Of a stretch of DNA of 64,000 bases, positions 49,006 through 59,071 are shown in pieces; the stretch's first letter is position 1, and every line of letters begins with the position of its first letter. The position numbers and the translations under genes are program-made. The notes under the pieces were generated by a model. The model did not search any database and was not told where the DNA came from. It saw only the letters and a list, made by a program, of their open reading frames with translations. Where the stretch lies: positions 51,473 through 115,472 of IMG/VR virus record IMGVR_UViG_3300017917_003446; one strand, written 5' to 3'. The DNA is from a virus.

Positions 49006-49578
49006 ATGATAAAGGCATTAATTATTACTTGGGAAAATTTCCAAGACCAAGAAGTAGTATACCCATTTTACAGACTAAAAGAAGAAACCAACGATGTGGT
49101 TATTGCTGCTAATGTACTTGGAAAATTTTATGGCATTATGGGTGTGAATATGACAGCCCATGTTCATTTAAATACACTACATAATCTTTCTAATGAAGAA
49201 AGTAAATACAATTATTTTATGGATAATTATAATCTATTAGTGTTACCTGGTGGCGTAAAATCTTTAGAAAAATTAAGACAAGAAAAACATGTGCTTAATT
49301 TTATTTCTGATTGGAATAACAAAGGCAAGTATATTGCTTCGACGTGCCATGGCGCACAATTACTTATATCTGCTAGAGCAGTACATGGTAAAAAAGTAAG
49401 CGGATACTATAGTATAAAAGACGATATAAATAATGCAGGAGCCATTTATGTAGATGAACCAGTGGTTATAGACGGCAATTTAATTACCTCACCTCATTAT
49501 GATCATATGGGTATATGGATGAAAGCTGCCATTGAGATGGTCAAAACTTCAGGATATAATACTGCTCATGTTATTTGA
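49006..49578 (+). CDS. DJ-1/PfpI family protein
   Basis: FQDQEVVYP, LPGG, CHGAQLL, VVIDGNLITS. Confidence 0.85.
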   Translation: MIKALIITWENFQDQEVVYPFYRLKEETNDVVIAANVLGKFYGIMGVNMTAHVHLNTLHNLSNEESKYNYFMDNYNLLVLPGGVKSLEKLRQEKHVLNFISDWNNKGKYIASTCHGAQLLISARAVHGKKVSGYYSIKDDINNAGAIYVDEPVVIDGNLITSPHYDHMGIWMKAAIEMVKTSGYNTAHVI

Positions 49579-50407
49579 AAAAATATACAATAAGGCATCA
49601 CTATGCCGCGAATTTGAAACAGAAGTATTTAAACAAGTTCAAAATAAAAATGTAACTATACCTGTTTATCTATCTGCGGGGCAGGAATATATTCCTGCCA
49701 CTATTGCTGCCTTTGTAGAAGATATGGGGTTTGAAGATCGGCAAATCTTTATTCAGCATAGAGGACATTCATCATATCTTTCTTTCGGTGGCGATGTAAA
49801 TGAACTTATTTTAGAATTACTCGGTGATTCTGAAGGATGTGCTAATGGAATGGGAGGCTCGGCATCCATTCAATCTAAAAAAGCTAAAATTTATGGACAT
49901 GATGGTTTAATGGGTTCACATGGACCTATTGCTGTGGGCATGTGTTATGCTAATAAAAAACCTACTATAGTTTTTACTGGTGACGCTGCAGCAGAAGAAG
50001 ATTATTTTTTAGCTTCAATAGCTTGGGCAGCAACAAAGAATCTTCCTATTCTATTTGTTGTGGAAGATAATAACTTAAGTATTTTAACTGAAAAGAAGGT
50101 TAGAAGATCTTGGGAAATGCATGATGTTGCGCGAGGCTTCGGTATGACAGCACATGATATAAACGATGATCCCAATGAAATAATTCCTGCACTTAAAGGT
50201 ATATTTGAAAAACCTATTTTACTAAATATAAAAACTAATAGAATGTTTTGGCATGCTGGCGCAGGCATCGATGATCCAAATATTTTTGACAGGCATAAAG
50301 AGTTTGCAAAAAATTTAGATACATCATATGTTAAATACACTGATTTTGAAAATTCTAATCTTGTGAGACTCTTATGGAATCAAGCAGTAAACCGCTTAGA
50401 GAAGTAA
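49568..50407 (+). CDS. TPP-dependent enzyme, E1 alpha-like subunit
   Basis: LSAGQE, HRGH, GMGGS, GDAA...EDNN TPP motif. Confidence 0.85.
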   Translation: MLFEKIYNKASLCREFETEVFKQVQNKNVTIPVYLSAGQEYIPATIAAFVEDMGFEDRQIFIQHRGHSSYLSFGGDVNELILELLGDSEGCANGMGGSASIQSKKAKIYGHDGLMGSHGPIAVGMCYANKKPTIVFTGDAAAEEDYFLASIAWAATKNLPILFVVEDNNLSILTEKKVRRSWEMHDVARGFGMTAHDINDDPNEIIPALKGIFEKPILLNIKTNRMFWHAGAGIDDPNIFDRHKEFAKNLDTSYVKYTDFENSNLVRLLWNQAVNRLEK

Positions 50408-51285
50408 TCAGGGATATAGTTAGATTACATCTAACTGAAAATAAAGGTATAGCTATGGGGCAATGCCTGACTGCTGTTGGTTGGGTAGGTGGAACTTTAC
50501 CTGAGCTATATGAAGAAGATGGTATGATAGAGTTGTCAATGGCAGATGTTGCAGGAAGTGGATTCGCCGTAGGTGCTGCATTGGCAGGCAAAAGACCTAT
50601 GTATATAATTAGATACCAAGGATTCAATTGGTATAATGCTGCTATGCCTGTTAATTATGCTGCTAAATCTAAAGACATTTGGAAGGTACCCTGTCCAATG
50701 TTTATTAGATCAATTGCAATGGAAGGGGGTATAGGACCTGTTGCAGGATCATCGCATCACGCATTATATTATAGAATGCCAGGAGTAAAAATATTTTCTC
50801 CAATGTCGCCTAAAGAATATAGTGAAGTTTATAATAAATTTATGGCAGATGATGATGTTTACTATGTTTCGGAGCACAGAGGAGCATATGGTAACACTGA
50901 AGAATTACCTGAAGTTGTAGTTAGAGAACCCCATTTTACTTTATTCCCCATATCAATAACGAGATTTGCTGCGATGGAAGCAGCAGATGAATTATTAAAG
51001 GAAGGCATCAGAGTTGCGGTTCATCATATTATGCAAATCAAACCATTTAAACCTTCATTACTTGCTTTAGATTCTTTAGCTGAATCTAAGTATGGTGGTA
51101 TAGTTTTAGATGATGATTATACAAATGGTATAGCAAAATCTTTAGCGTTTGATTTAGGAAGTATTACTGGTGCAAAGATGAATGTAATGGGATTAGAAGA
51201 TAAAACTGCGGGGTTTTATAGACAAGTAGATAATCTTCCTCCAAATAAAGAACAAATAATTAATAAAATTAAAAGCTTAATTTAA
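50374..51285 (+). CDS. TPP-dependent enzyme, E1 beta/transketolase C-terminal subunit
   Basis: GFAVGAALAGKRP, NYAAK, GPVAGSSH, PG.KI..P. Confidence 0.8.
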   Translation: MESSSKPLREVIRDIVRLHLTENKGIAMGQCLTAVGWVGGTLPELYEEDGMIELSMADVAGSGFAVGAALAGKRPMYIIRYQGFNWYNAAMPVNYAAKSKDIWKVPCPMFIRSIAMEGGIGPVAGSSHHALYYRMPGVKIFSPMSPKEYSEVYNKFMADDDVYYVSEHRGAYGNTEELPEVVVREPHFTLFPISITRFAAMEAADELLKEGIRVAVHHIMQIKPFKPSLLALDSLAESKYGGIVLDDDYTNGIAKSLAFDLGSITGAKMNVMGLEDKTAGFYRQVDNLPPNKEQIINKIKSLI

Positions 51286-51344
51286 ATCTGTCGTATTGAC
51301 GCTTAAAATAAAAATTTTACTATGAAATCTGACGTATTGATGCT
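51284..51344 (+). repeat. imperfect 20-bp direct repeat spanning a gene start
   Basis: AAATCTGTCGTATTGACGCT (51284-303) vs AAATCTGACGTATTGATGCT (51325-344), 18/20. Confidence 0.7.
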
Positions 51345-52170
51345 ATTTCATTTGCATAAAGATTTTGTCTTTGATCATACAAGCACATGGATCAAACCTG
51401 CATATACAGGACATGAAGAAGAATGGATGCCATCATCTAATGCAGAAAATTATATAAATGTATGCGATTCCCCGAGAAATATTTTAGAAAAGAAAAAGTA
51501 TTATCCAAATCAAACATATAAAGAATTCTTTTGGGCGATGGGAGTGGCATCTTGTCATTACTATTTAAACTATAATGATCTTGAATATAATTATCTTGGA
51601 ATTTCCTGTTATGGAAGATATCTTTTAATACATAATCCGAACGATATTCAAGAGCATAAGATTACAGTTCCTATTACTCAAGACAAAGCAGAAGAACTAA
51701 GTTCTGATAATCATCTTGTAGAAGCGTTAGATATTCTAAATACTTATGATATTATTACAAATCATGATAGAGTAATTAATATGTCTATACAAGATCAATA
51801 TTGTATGCATCAATCTATTGAGCATTGGAATAAATTTAAAGAGGGTATAGACGCTTTATTTCCTGAATATAGACCTTACATGGATTGGTTTACGAATTCA
51901 AATAAGGCAAATTTTCAATCTTCAAGTCTGTGCAGAAAGGAAGTTTTCAATAAAATATATACTGAGTATTTTGCTGTTATGGATTATGTTTGGCAAAATG
52001 TTTCAAATACTTTTCCGTTACATGGTAACAGTATAGCAGAAGAATTTCCTTTTAGATATCCTGGATTTTTAGAAGAAAGATTTATACCTTTTTTTCTGTA
52101 TGCAAACGATATAAAAAGATATAATGTTCCTTTAATAGAACTTCGCAGTTACAATAAACAAGTATACTGA
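51322..52170 (+). CDS. DUF4422-like glycosyltransferase-associated protein
   Basis: YLG...YGRY, QYC..., RKEVFN...F, RYPGFLEERF. Confidence 0.6.
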   Translation: MKSDVLMLFHLHKDFVFDHTSTWIKPAYTGHEEEWMPSSNAENYINVCDSPRNILEKKKYYPNQTYKEFFWAMGVASCHYYLNYNDLEYNYLGISCYGRYLLIHNPNDIQEHKITVPITQDKAEELSSDNHLVEALDILNTYDIITNHDRVINMSIQDQYCMHQSIEHWNKFKEGIDALFPEYRPYMDWFTNSNKANFQSSSLCRKEVFNKIYTEYFAVMDYVWQNVSNTFPLHGNSIAEEFPFRYPGFLEERFIPFFLYANDIKRYNVPLIELRSYNKQVY

Positions 52171-52177
52171 GGCGACG

Positions 52178-53083
52178 ATGAATAGTTTAAGTGTTCGAAA
52201 AGATAGATTTAATAATTTACAAAATTTTTATGGTGTAAACAAGTATAATAATTTGCTTGGAAATTGGGATATACCTGAAGATTTATTAATAGAATTTAAA
52301 CGTAGTATAATGTTGTATATCTCAGCTGCTATGCACTTTGAATTTGTAGATGATGAAAATAGATTCATGCAAAGACTAGAAGAAAATAAAGGCAACAATT
52401 TAAACGTAACACCTAATGGCGCAGTTGTTCCTAAGAAAGAATATACTTTAGAATACAATTACTTTATAAAAAATTACTGTAAAATCATTAGTAAACTTAT
52501 AGAAAATAAACCGGAATATCTTTCTGGATTTAGATTGACGCCTAATGTAAGGGTAAAATTTTCAGATGAACCAGAGGTAAATAAGACCAGACCACAAAGC
52601 ACTGCTTTTCCACATACTGACGCTTGGTTAGAAGGTCCCTGGGGAATTATTTGTCATATTCCAATTTTAGGAGATTGTGATAAAAATTATCTAAGAATGT
52701 ATGATATTAAAGATGAGAATACATTTAATGATAATCTTTTATCTCTATCAGAAAATTTTGAGAGTATGCAGTGGGTAAAAGAACATTATGTAGTTAGTCC
52801 TTACAAAACTAAAAAGTATGCATTAAATTTTTGTGATTATGCTTTATTACATGAAACTTATAGAACTGAAGGCGCAGGCGGAAGAGTATCTATAGATTCT
52901 ACTTTATATTTTGGTGAATTTGATGTTGTAGAAAGTAGAAAATCTGAGTATATTAATTACGTACCTAATGTAGGCGAGGATATTTTTATAAAAGTAAAGA
53001 ATAGCGAAAACGAAAAGTATTATGAAAGGGCAAATGCCCAATATCATTATACATATGACAGTTTAGAACACATTATGTTATGA
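52178..53083 (+). CDS. hypothetical, possible 2OG-Fe(II)/DSBH oxygenase
   Basis: PHTDAW...LLHET...RVSID (HxD...H...RxS). Confidence 0.5.
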   Translation: MNSLSVRKDRFNNLQNFYGVNKYNNLLGNWDIPEDLLIEFKRSIMLYISAAMHFEFVDDENRFMQRLEENKGNNLNVTPNGAVVPKKEYTLEYNYFIKNYCKIISKLIENKPEYLSGFRLTPNVRVKFSDEPEVNKTRPQSTAFPHTDAWLEGPWGIICHIPILGDCDKNYLRMYDIKDENTFNDNLLSLSENFESMQWVKEHYVVSPYKTKKYALNFCDYALLHETYRTEGAGGRVSIDSTLYFGEFDVVESRKSEYINYVPNVGEDIFIKVKNSENEKYYERANAQYHYTYDSLEHIML

Positions 53084-54063
53084 TTGTTTCAAAAACACCT
53101 TTTAGATTATCTTTATTTGGTGGTGGTACAGACTATCCTGCTTGGTATGAAAATAATCAATGCAGTTTAATTACTGCAGCAATGAATCAATATACATATA
53201 TTTCAATCAAAAATTTACCACCATTTTTTGATTATAAAACTAGAATAATGTATTCTATAGTTGAAAAGGTAAATTTATTAAATGAAATAAAACATCCTGC
53301 AGTTAAAGCTTGCCTTTCATATTTAAGTATAGATGATGGTATGTCTATAGGATATGATGGAGATCTGCCTGCCAGGTCTGGAATAGGATCAAGTTCATCA
53401 TTTACTGTTGGATTATTGAATGCTTTGTATGCATATAAAGGTATAAAACTTAATAAAAGACAATTAGCAGAAGAAGCTATTCATGTTGAACATAATATTA
53501 TAAAGGAATCAGTAGGTATCCAAGATCAAATTGCTGCTGCTTATGGTGGCATAAATCTTGTAAAGATGGGGCAAAAATGGTCTGTTAAAAATTTATCATT
53601 AAGCGATGAATACATAAAGGAATTGGAATCTCATATTTTATTAGGCTATTCTAACGTAAGTAGATTTGCTGAAATACAAGCTAAAAAGAAAATAGATAAC
53701 ATAAAAGAAGGCAAATCTGAAAATGAACTTAATGAGATTTCCGGGATAGCTTATGATGCTATAAATACAATGATCCATGAAGATGACATATTTAAATTAG
53801 GTGAGTACTTGCAACAAAGTTGGGAAATAAAAAAGAAACTCGCTGATGGTATTACGACTGATTGGATAGATGAAATATATAAAACAGGTATTAAGTACGG
53901 TGCTTATGGTGGTAAACTTATGGGAGCAGGTGGGGGAGGATTCTTTTATTTCTTAGCTCCTCCTAAACTACATGATAAAATTAAAAAAGAATTAATAAGT
54001 ATTAATATTTGGGTACCTTTTAAATTTGATTTTGAGGGTAGTAGACTTTTAACATTAGGATGA
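53080..54063 (+). CDS. hddA: GHMP kinase, D-glycero-D-manno-heptose-7-phosphate kinase-like
   Basis: PFRLSLFGGGTD, PARSGIGSSS, VGIQDQ, KLMGAGGGGF. Confidence 0.85.
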   Translation: MIVSKTPFRLSLFGGGTDYPAWYENNQCSLITAAMNQYTYISIKNLPPFFDYKTRIMYSIVEKVNLLNEIKHPAVKACLSYLSIDDGMSIGYDGDLPARSGIGSSSSFTVGLLNALYAYKGIKLNKRQLAEEAIHVEHNIIKESVGIQDQIAAAYGGINLVKMGQKWSVKNLSLSDEYIKELESHILLGYSNVSRFAEIQAKKKIDNIKEGKSENELNEISGIAYDAINTMIHEDDIFKLGEYLQQSWEIKKKLADGITTDWIDEIYKTGIKYGAYGGKLMGAGGGGFFYFLAPPKLHDKIKKELISINIWVPFKFDFEGSRLLTLG

Positions 54064-54065
54064 TT

Positions 54066-55241
54066 ATGAAATATCCATTGATGAGAAATAACATTACCAG
54101 AGAAGATCTTGATTTAGTGATCGAACATCTTAAACAAGATAATCCTATTTTAACTAATGGTCCTCATATCAAAGAGTTTGAGGAACAGTGGTCTAATTGG
54201 CTTGGATGTAAATATAGTGTATTTGTAAATTCTGGTGCTTCTGCTAATCTCTTGACTATGGCTATGTTGAAGATTAAGCACCCAGAGGGAGGCGAAGTTA
54301 TTGTCCCTCCGTTCACTTGGGTATCAGACATAGCATCAGTTATTCAATGTGGATTTACCCCAGTGTTTGTTGATATTAATCCGAACACATTGGCAATGGA
54401 TACTGACCTTATTTTAAAAGCTTTAACGCCAAGAACAAGAGCAGTTTTTATGACTCATGCTCAAGGGTTTGTTGGACTAACTTATAAGTTATTGTATTGG
54501 CTACATCAAAAGAAAATACCTCTTATTGAAGATGTATGTGAATCTCATGGCGCAAAATTTAATGCAAGTACACAGAAAGTAGGAACATTTGGTTGGGTAT
54601 CTAATTTTTCCTTTTATTATGCACATCATATGTCTACTATTGAAGGCGGCATGGTCTGTACTAATGATAAAGATGTTTACCATACAGTTAGAATGTTAAG
54701 ATCACATGGCATGGTAAGAGAATGTAATAGTGATGAAATCAAATCGCAGTATATTTCAGATCATCCAGATCTAAATCCTAGTTTTATTTTTGCGCATCCT
54801 GCATACAATATGCGAGGTACAGAAATAGGTGGAATCTTAGGCAAAAGTCAATTGAAACGCTTAGACGAAAATATTGAAAAGCGTAATAGAAATCACGAGT
54901 ATTTCTTAAGTAAACTTGACCCGGTAAAATATAAAACTGATTTTTATCTTGATGGTGCAAGTAACTATGCTTTTAATCTTGTTCTAAATGCTCCAGATTT
55001 TGTGTTTGTAGAAAAATTAATGAATACTATGGATGATCATGGTATTGAATACAGAAGAGGTAGTGCAGGTGGTGGTAATCAATTAAGGCAACCTTATCTT
55101 AAGAATCATGTACCTGAAGGGTTTGCCGAACAGTTTCCTGAGACAGATCATATGCATTTCTTTGGATTTTATATAGGTAATTATCCCGAGCTTACCTTTG
55201 AGGAAATAGATGAAATTGTTGGAGTTTTAAATAATGCGTAA
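54066..55241 (+). CDS. PLP-dependent NDP-4-keto-6-deoxysugar 3-dehydratase (ColD/RfbH-like, DegT family)
   Basis: NSGASAN, EDVCESHG, SFYYAHHMSTIEGG with His in place of the Schiff-base Lys. Confidence 0.8.
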   Translation: MKYPLMRNNITREDLDLVIEHLKQDNPILTNGPHIKEFEEQWSNWLGCKYSVFVNSGASANLLTMAMLKIKHPEGGEVIVPPFTWVSDIASVIQCGFTPVFVDINPNTLAMDTDLILKALTPRTRAVFMTHAQGFVGLTYKLLYWLHQKKIPLIEDVCESHGAKFNASTQKVGTFGWVSNFSFYYAHHMSTIEGGMVCTNDKDVYHTVRMLRSHGMVRECNSDEIKSQYISDHPDLNPSFIFAHPAYNMRGTEIGGILGKSQLKRLDENIEKRNRNHEYFLSKLDPVKYKTDFYLDGASNYAFNLVLNAPDFVFVEKLMNTMDDHGIEYRRGSAGGGNQLRQPYLKNHVPEGFAEQFPETDHMHFFGFYIGNYPELTFEEIDEIVGVLNNA

Positions 55242-56190
55242 AATTTTAGTGACAGGTGGTGCTGGATATATTGGCTCAATACTATCACAGCAGTTGCTTA
55301 CTTATAACTATGAAGTAATTATACTTGATGATTTTAGATATAAGCAAAATATTAATCATTTATGCTATTTGGATAGTTGTGAAATCATAAAAGGAGATGT
55401 GAGAGACGAATCATTAATGCGTTCACTTATGAAAAAAGCTGACGTTGTGATTCCTTTAGCAGCACTTGTAGGCGCACCGATATGTAAAGCAGATCCTATC
55501 AATGCTGATTCTATAAACAAAGATGCTATTCTTAAAATGTTAGAAATGAAGGCAAAAGATCAGATTATTATGATGCCTACTACTAACAGTGCTTATGGAT
55601 CAGGCCATGCTTTGAATGGTGATTCTACAATAAACAACTATTGTGATGAAAATTCACCTTTGAATCCTATATCAAAATATGCCGTTGATAAAGTAATGAT
55701 TGAAAAAGAACTAATGCAACATGAAAATGTTATTAGTTTTCGTTTAGCTACAGTGATGGGTATGTCCCCAAGAATGAGATTAGATCTATTAGTAAATCAA
55801 TTTGTATATAGAGCACTTACAGATAAGACTATTGTAATGTTTGAGGGGCATTTTAAAAGAAACTATATTCATGTTAGGGACGTTGCTTTTGCAATGCTTC
55901 ACTCTTTAAGTATGTTTACTAAAATGAAAAATAATATTTACAACTTAGGATTATCTGACGCTAATATTTCTAAAATGGAACTTGCTAATCTAATTAAAAA
56001 TTATATACCCGATTTTGTTGTTATGGAAGCAGAATATATTAAAGATCCTGATCAAAGAAATTATATAGTATCTAACGATAAAATAGAAAAAACAGGTTGG
56101 CGTCCCATGTATAATTTAGATAAAACAATAAAAGAATTGATGAAGGGTATTCCTACTCTTAAGAATACTGTGTACGATAATTTGATATGA
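55234..56190 (+). CDS. NAD-dependent epimerase/dehydratase/reductase
   Basis: TGGAGYIG, YAVDK, RNYIHVRD. Confidence 0.88.
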   Translation: MRKILVTGGAGYIGSILSQQLLTYNYEVIILDDFRYKQNINHLCYLDSCEIIKGDVRDESLMRSLMKKADVVIPLAALVGAPICKADPINADSINKDAILKMLEMKAKDQIIMMPTTNSAYGSGHALNGDSTINNYCDENSPLNPISKYAVDKVMIEKELMQHENVISFRLATVMGMSPRMRLDLLVNQFVYRALTDKTIVMFEGHFKRNYIHVRDVAFAMLHSLSMFTKMKNNIYNLGLSDANISKMELANLIKNYIPDFVVMEAEYIKDPDQRNYIVSNDKIEKTGWRPMYNLDKTIKELMKGIPTLKNTVYDNLI

Positions 56191-56942
56191 TCAATCAACG
56201 AAATTTTTACGACATAGAAAAATTAAGATCAGATTTTCTATCGGCTAAACCTTTCAACTATGTAGTTATAGATAATTTCTTAGAAGAATGGTTAGCAGAA
56301 AAAATTTACGACGAAATACCTAATTGGGATGATGATAAAGCATGGGGAGTTTTTTATAATAATCCGATTGAAGTGAAGAAAACAACTAATCATTGGGATA
56401 AATTTAAAGAATATACTTATAAAACTTTTCATTATTTAAATTCAAAACAATATTTAGATGAAATAAGATATATTACAGATTGTCAAGGATTAGTAGCAGA
56501 TGAAGGACTACATGGTGGAGGATATCATTGCCATGGTAATGGTGGAAAGTTAAATGTGCATTTAGATTATAATATACATCCTAAGCTAAAACTACAAAGA
56601 AAACTAAATATTATAATATACTTAGCAAAAAATTGGAAAAAAGAATATGGTGGAGAATTACAACTATGGCATGGAGATAATGAAAAAGCTATTAGTTGTG
56701 AGCAAGTAATAGATATAAAATTTAATAGAGCTATTCTATTTGATACTACACAAAATTCTTGGCATGGATTCCCCGGCACAATAAAATGTCCCGATGAAAT
56801 TAGTAGAAAAAGTTTAGCTGTGTATTACTTACAACCACCTAAAGATAGTAACAATAGATATAGAGCATTGTATGTTCCCTCAAAAGAACAAGAAAATGAT
56901 CCCAGTGTTGTTGAATTTTGTAAAGAGAGAAGTAAATTATGA
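56187..56942 (+). CDS. 2OG-Fe(II) oxygenase
   Basis: PF..VVIDNFL, VHLD, SWHG, RKSLA. Confidence 0.8.
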   Translation: MINQRNFYDIEKLRSDFLSAKPFNYVVIDNFLEEWLAEKIYDEIPNWDDDKAWGVFYNNPIEVKKTTNHWDKFKEYTYKTFHYLNSKQYLDEIRYITDCQGLVADEGLHGGGYHCHGNGGKLNVHLDYNIHPKLKLQRKLNIIIYLAKNWKKEYGGELQLWHGDNEKAISCEQVIDIKFNRAILFDTTQNSWHGFPGTIKCPDEISRKSLAVYYLQPPKDSNNRYRALYVPSKEQENDPSVVEFCKERSKL

Positions 56943-57586
56943 ATTTGTGGAACGAATTTAAAACTAATCAACATAAGATTATACATAAGTGGTCACACTA
57001 TTTTCCAGTTTATGATAAACTACTATCAGAATATAGAAACAAAAATATAAATGTCTTGGAAATAGGTGTGCTTGATGGTGGTTCTTTAGAACTATGGCAT
57101 AGATATTTTGGACCTAATGCTCTCATTGTGGGCATAGATAATCACTTTCAACCCAATAGCCAGGGATTATCTTTTGATAATCCCATGATACAATTTAGAA
57201 GAGGCGACCAATCTGATACTAATTTTTTAAATGAAGTTGTAAAAGAGTTTGGTGAATTTGATATTATTATAGATGATGGATCTCATGTGTCGCAGCATGT
57301 AATAAAATCATTTAATGCTTTATACCCATATGTTACTAAGAATGGTATGTATATTATAGAAGATACGCATACTTCATACTGGGGTTCTCACGGTGGAGGA
57401 TTGAAACTACCGAACACTACAATAGAATTTGCTAAAGAATTAGTAGATGAACTAAATGCAGTACATACTAAAATTTTACCAGTAACAGATTTTACAGAGC
57501 AAACTCATAGCATTACTTTTTATGATAGTATGATTGTAGTACAAAAAGGTGGTTCACGTTGGAAACAAGCAGTGAGTAGTTCATGA
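56939..57586 (+). CDS. class I methyltransferase (sugar O-methyltransferase-like)
   Basis: KWSHYF, LEIGV..GGS, GDQSD, IIDDGSH, YIIED.HTSYW. Confidence 0.82.
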   Translation: MNLWNEFKTNQHKIIHKWSHYFPVYDKLLSEYRNKNINVLEIGVLDGGSLELWHRYFGPNALIVGIDNHFQPNSQGLSFDNPMIQFRRGDQSDTNFLNEVVKEFGEFDIIIDDGSHVSQHVIKSFNALYPYVTKNGMYIIEDTHTSYWGSHGGGLKLPNTTIEFAKELVDELNAVHTKILPVTDFTEQTHSITFYDSMIVVQKGGSRWKQAVSSS

Positions 57587-58323
57587 AATCCGCACTAGTA
57601 ATTACGCCCACTACAGGAGCATCTGTACTAAAAGATGCTATGGAATCAGTGCAGAATCAATACTATGACAATGTGGAACATTTGATAGTAATTGATGGAG
57701 AAAAATTTGCAGATAGAGCATATAAAACTATAAAGGAATCAGGTTTAACCAAAAAACATAAAGTGCAAATTAGTCTTGTGCCATATAATACAGGCGGAGA
57801 AGGATACTACGGACACAGAGTAATGGCAGCATATAGTCATCTATGTCCCCATGATTATATTTTATTTTTAGATCAAGACAATTGGTATGAGCCTAATCAC
57901 GTATCAAGTTTAATAAAAGAAATAGAAGAATTTAATTTTGAATGGGCACACAGCTTAAGAAATATATATACTGAGAACAAAGAATTTGTTTGCAGAGATG
58001 ACTGTGAATCGTTAGGTAGATGGCCTGTTTGGGTTAAAGAAGACCAGCACCTAGTTGATTCAAGCTCTTATTGTTTCACTAATAAATTTTTACGAATGGT
58101 TGGACATATTTGGGATCATGGGTGGGGTGCAGATAGAAGATTTTATATGATTCTAAAGAACGATATGATGCATAAAAATTATGGGTGTAGTGGCAAATAT
58201 ACTATGAATTATAGATTAGGTGGCAATGAAGGATCAGTAACACCCGATTTCTTTATTAAAGGTAATGAAATATCTAAACAAAGATACGGTGATAAATATC
58301 CATGGTCTACAGAATTGAAGTAA
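57583..58323 (+). CDS. GT2 glycosyltransferase
   Basis: VITPT, SVQNQ, FLDQDNW (DxD), GADR. Confidence 0.8.
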   Translation: MKSALVITPTTGASVLKDAMESVQNQYYDNVEHLIVIDGEKFADRAYKTIKESGLTKKHKVQISLVPYNTGGEGYYGHRVMAAYSHLCPHDYILFLDQDNWYEPNHVSSLIKEIEEFNFEWAHSLRNIYTENKEFVCRDDCESLGRWPVWVKEDQHLVDSSSYCFTNKFLRMVGHIWDHGWGADRRFYMILKNDMMHKNYGCSGKYTMNYRLGGNEGSVTPDFFIKGNEISKQRYGDKYPWSTELK

Positions 58324-58327
58324 CAAG

Positions 58328-58402
58328 CGCGGGGTAGTTCAGTAGGAGAACAGTGGACTCATAATCCACAGGTCGGAGGTGCGAATCCTTCCCCCGCATC
58401 CA
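58328..58402 (+). tRNA. tRNA-Met(CAT), initiator-like, CCA encoded
   Basis: Full cloverleaf: CGCGGGG/CCCCGCA acceptor with C1:A72 mismatch, GTTC/GAAC D stem, GTGGA-CTCATAA-TCCAC anticodon arm, GGAGG/CCTTC T stem. Confidence 0.92.
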
Positions 58403-58446
58403 TCACTTTTTGCAGATTGATTCTGCAATATCTTTATTACCAATCA

Positions 58447-58488
58447 TAAAATAGGGTGCGTACCAGAGCATTACCCAGTACGCAACCC
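58447..58488 (-). terminator. probable terminator of the minus-strand operon
   Basis: Minus strand GGGT(T)GCGTAC...GTACGCACCC followed by TATTTT. Confidence 0.6.
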
Positions 58489-58502
58489 ACACATCTAAAA
58501 CG

Positions 58503-58898
58503 CTATTTACCATCGTCTTTCTTATCTTTGGCATCTTTGTCAGCTGCCCTTTGTGCGGCAGCTCCAGCCATTGCTGCTTCCTTACCTGTACCTGCCAACA
58601 TTATACCTGATAATGTACCACATAAAAATGTTGCTACAGGAATAATAAGTTCAAAGAATTTTTGATCTATAGGGCTAATAGCATTAAGAGGTTGAGTAAC
58701 AAACATAATACTATACAACACCGTAAACACAATACCAATAAGAGTAAAGGCTAGGCAACATCCAATAATAAACTTAAGACGAACCATAAGTTCGTTTTCT
58801 GTATAGCGCTCACCTTTTTTACTTCTATTAGAATCTGTTTTAGGATCTTCAGCTTTAGCCATAACTTTGTCTACAATATTATCTAGCATTATTTGCAC
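58503..58898 (-). CDS. two-TM membrane protein (holin-like topology)
   Basis: Two hydrophobic helices, charged termini. Confidence 0.55.
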   Translation of the reverse strand: MQIMLDNIVDKVMAKAEDPKTDSNRSKKGERYTENELMVRLKFIIGCCLAFTLIGIVFTVLYSIMFVTQPLNAISPIDQKFFELIIPVATFLCGTLSGIMLAGTGKEAAMAGAAAQRAADKDAKDKKDDGK

Positions 58899-59071
58899 TC
58901 CTTCTTAGCTTCTTCCTTAAATATATGCTCAGGACAAGTCTTGTTTATTTCGCACCAAGGTTTTTTACATATATCTTTATCCCAATTGTCTGGATTTTGG
59001 CAGGGATATCTGTAGTAATCTGAGCATCCTGCCAATAAAGCTAAACTAAATAAAGCTATTAGCCTAGCCAT
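58889..59071 (-). CDS. small Cys-rich lipoprotein
   Basis: MARLIALFSLALLAGC lipobox; YRYPCQNP..W...C..P.C....CP. Confidence 0.65.
   Translation of the reverse strand: MARLIALFSLALLAGCSDYYRYPCQNPDNWDKDICKKPWCEINKTCPEHIFKEEAKKECK

Noticed and set aside
49568-51285. Pyruvate dehydrogenase AMG
   Set aside because: No E2/E3 in the window, short subunits, embedded among NDP-sugar genes.
58410-58428. Hairpin TTGCAGA/TCTGCAA after the tRNA as a ribozyme or second tRNA
   Set aside because: A single short AT-rich stem with no further fold; at most a processing or termination element.
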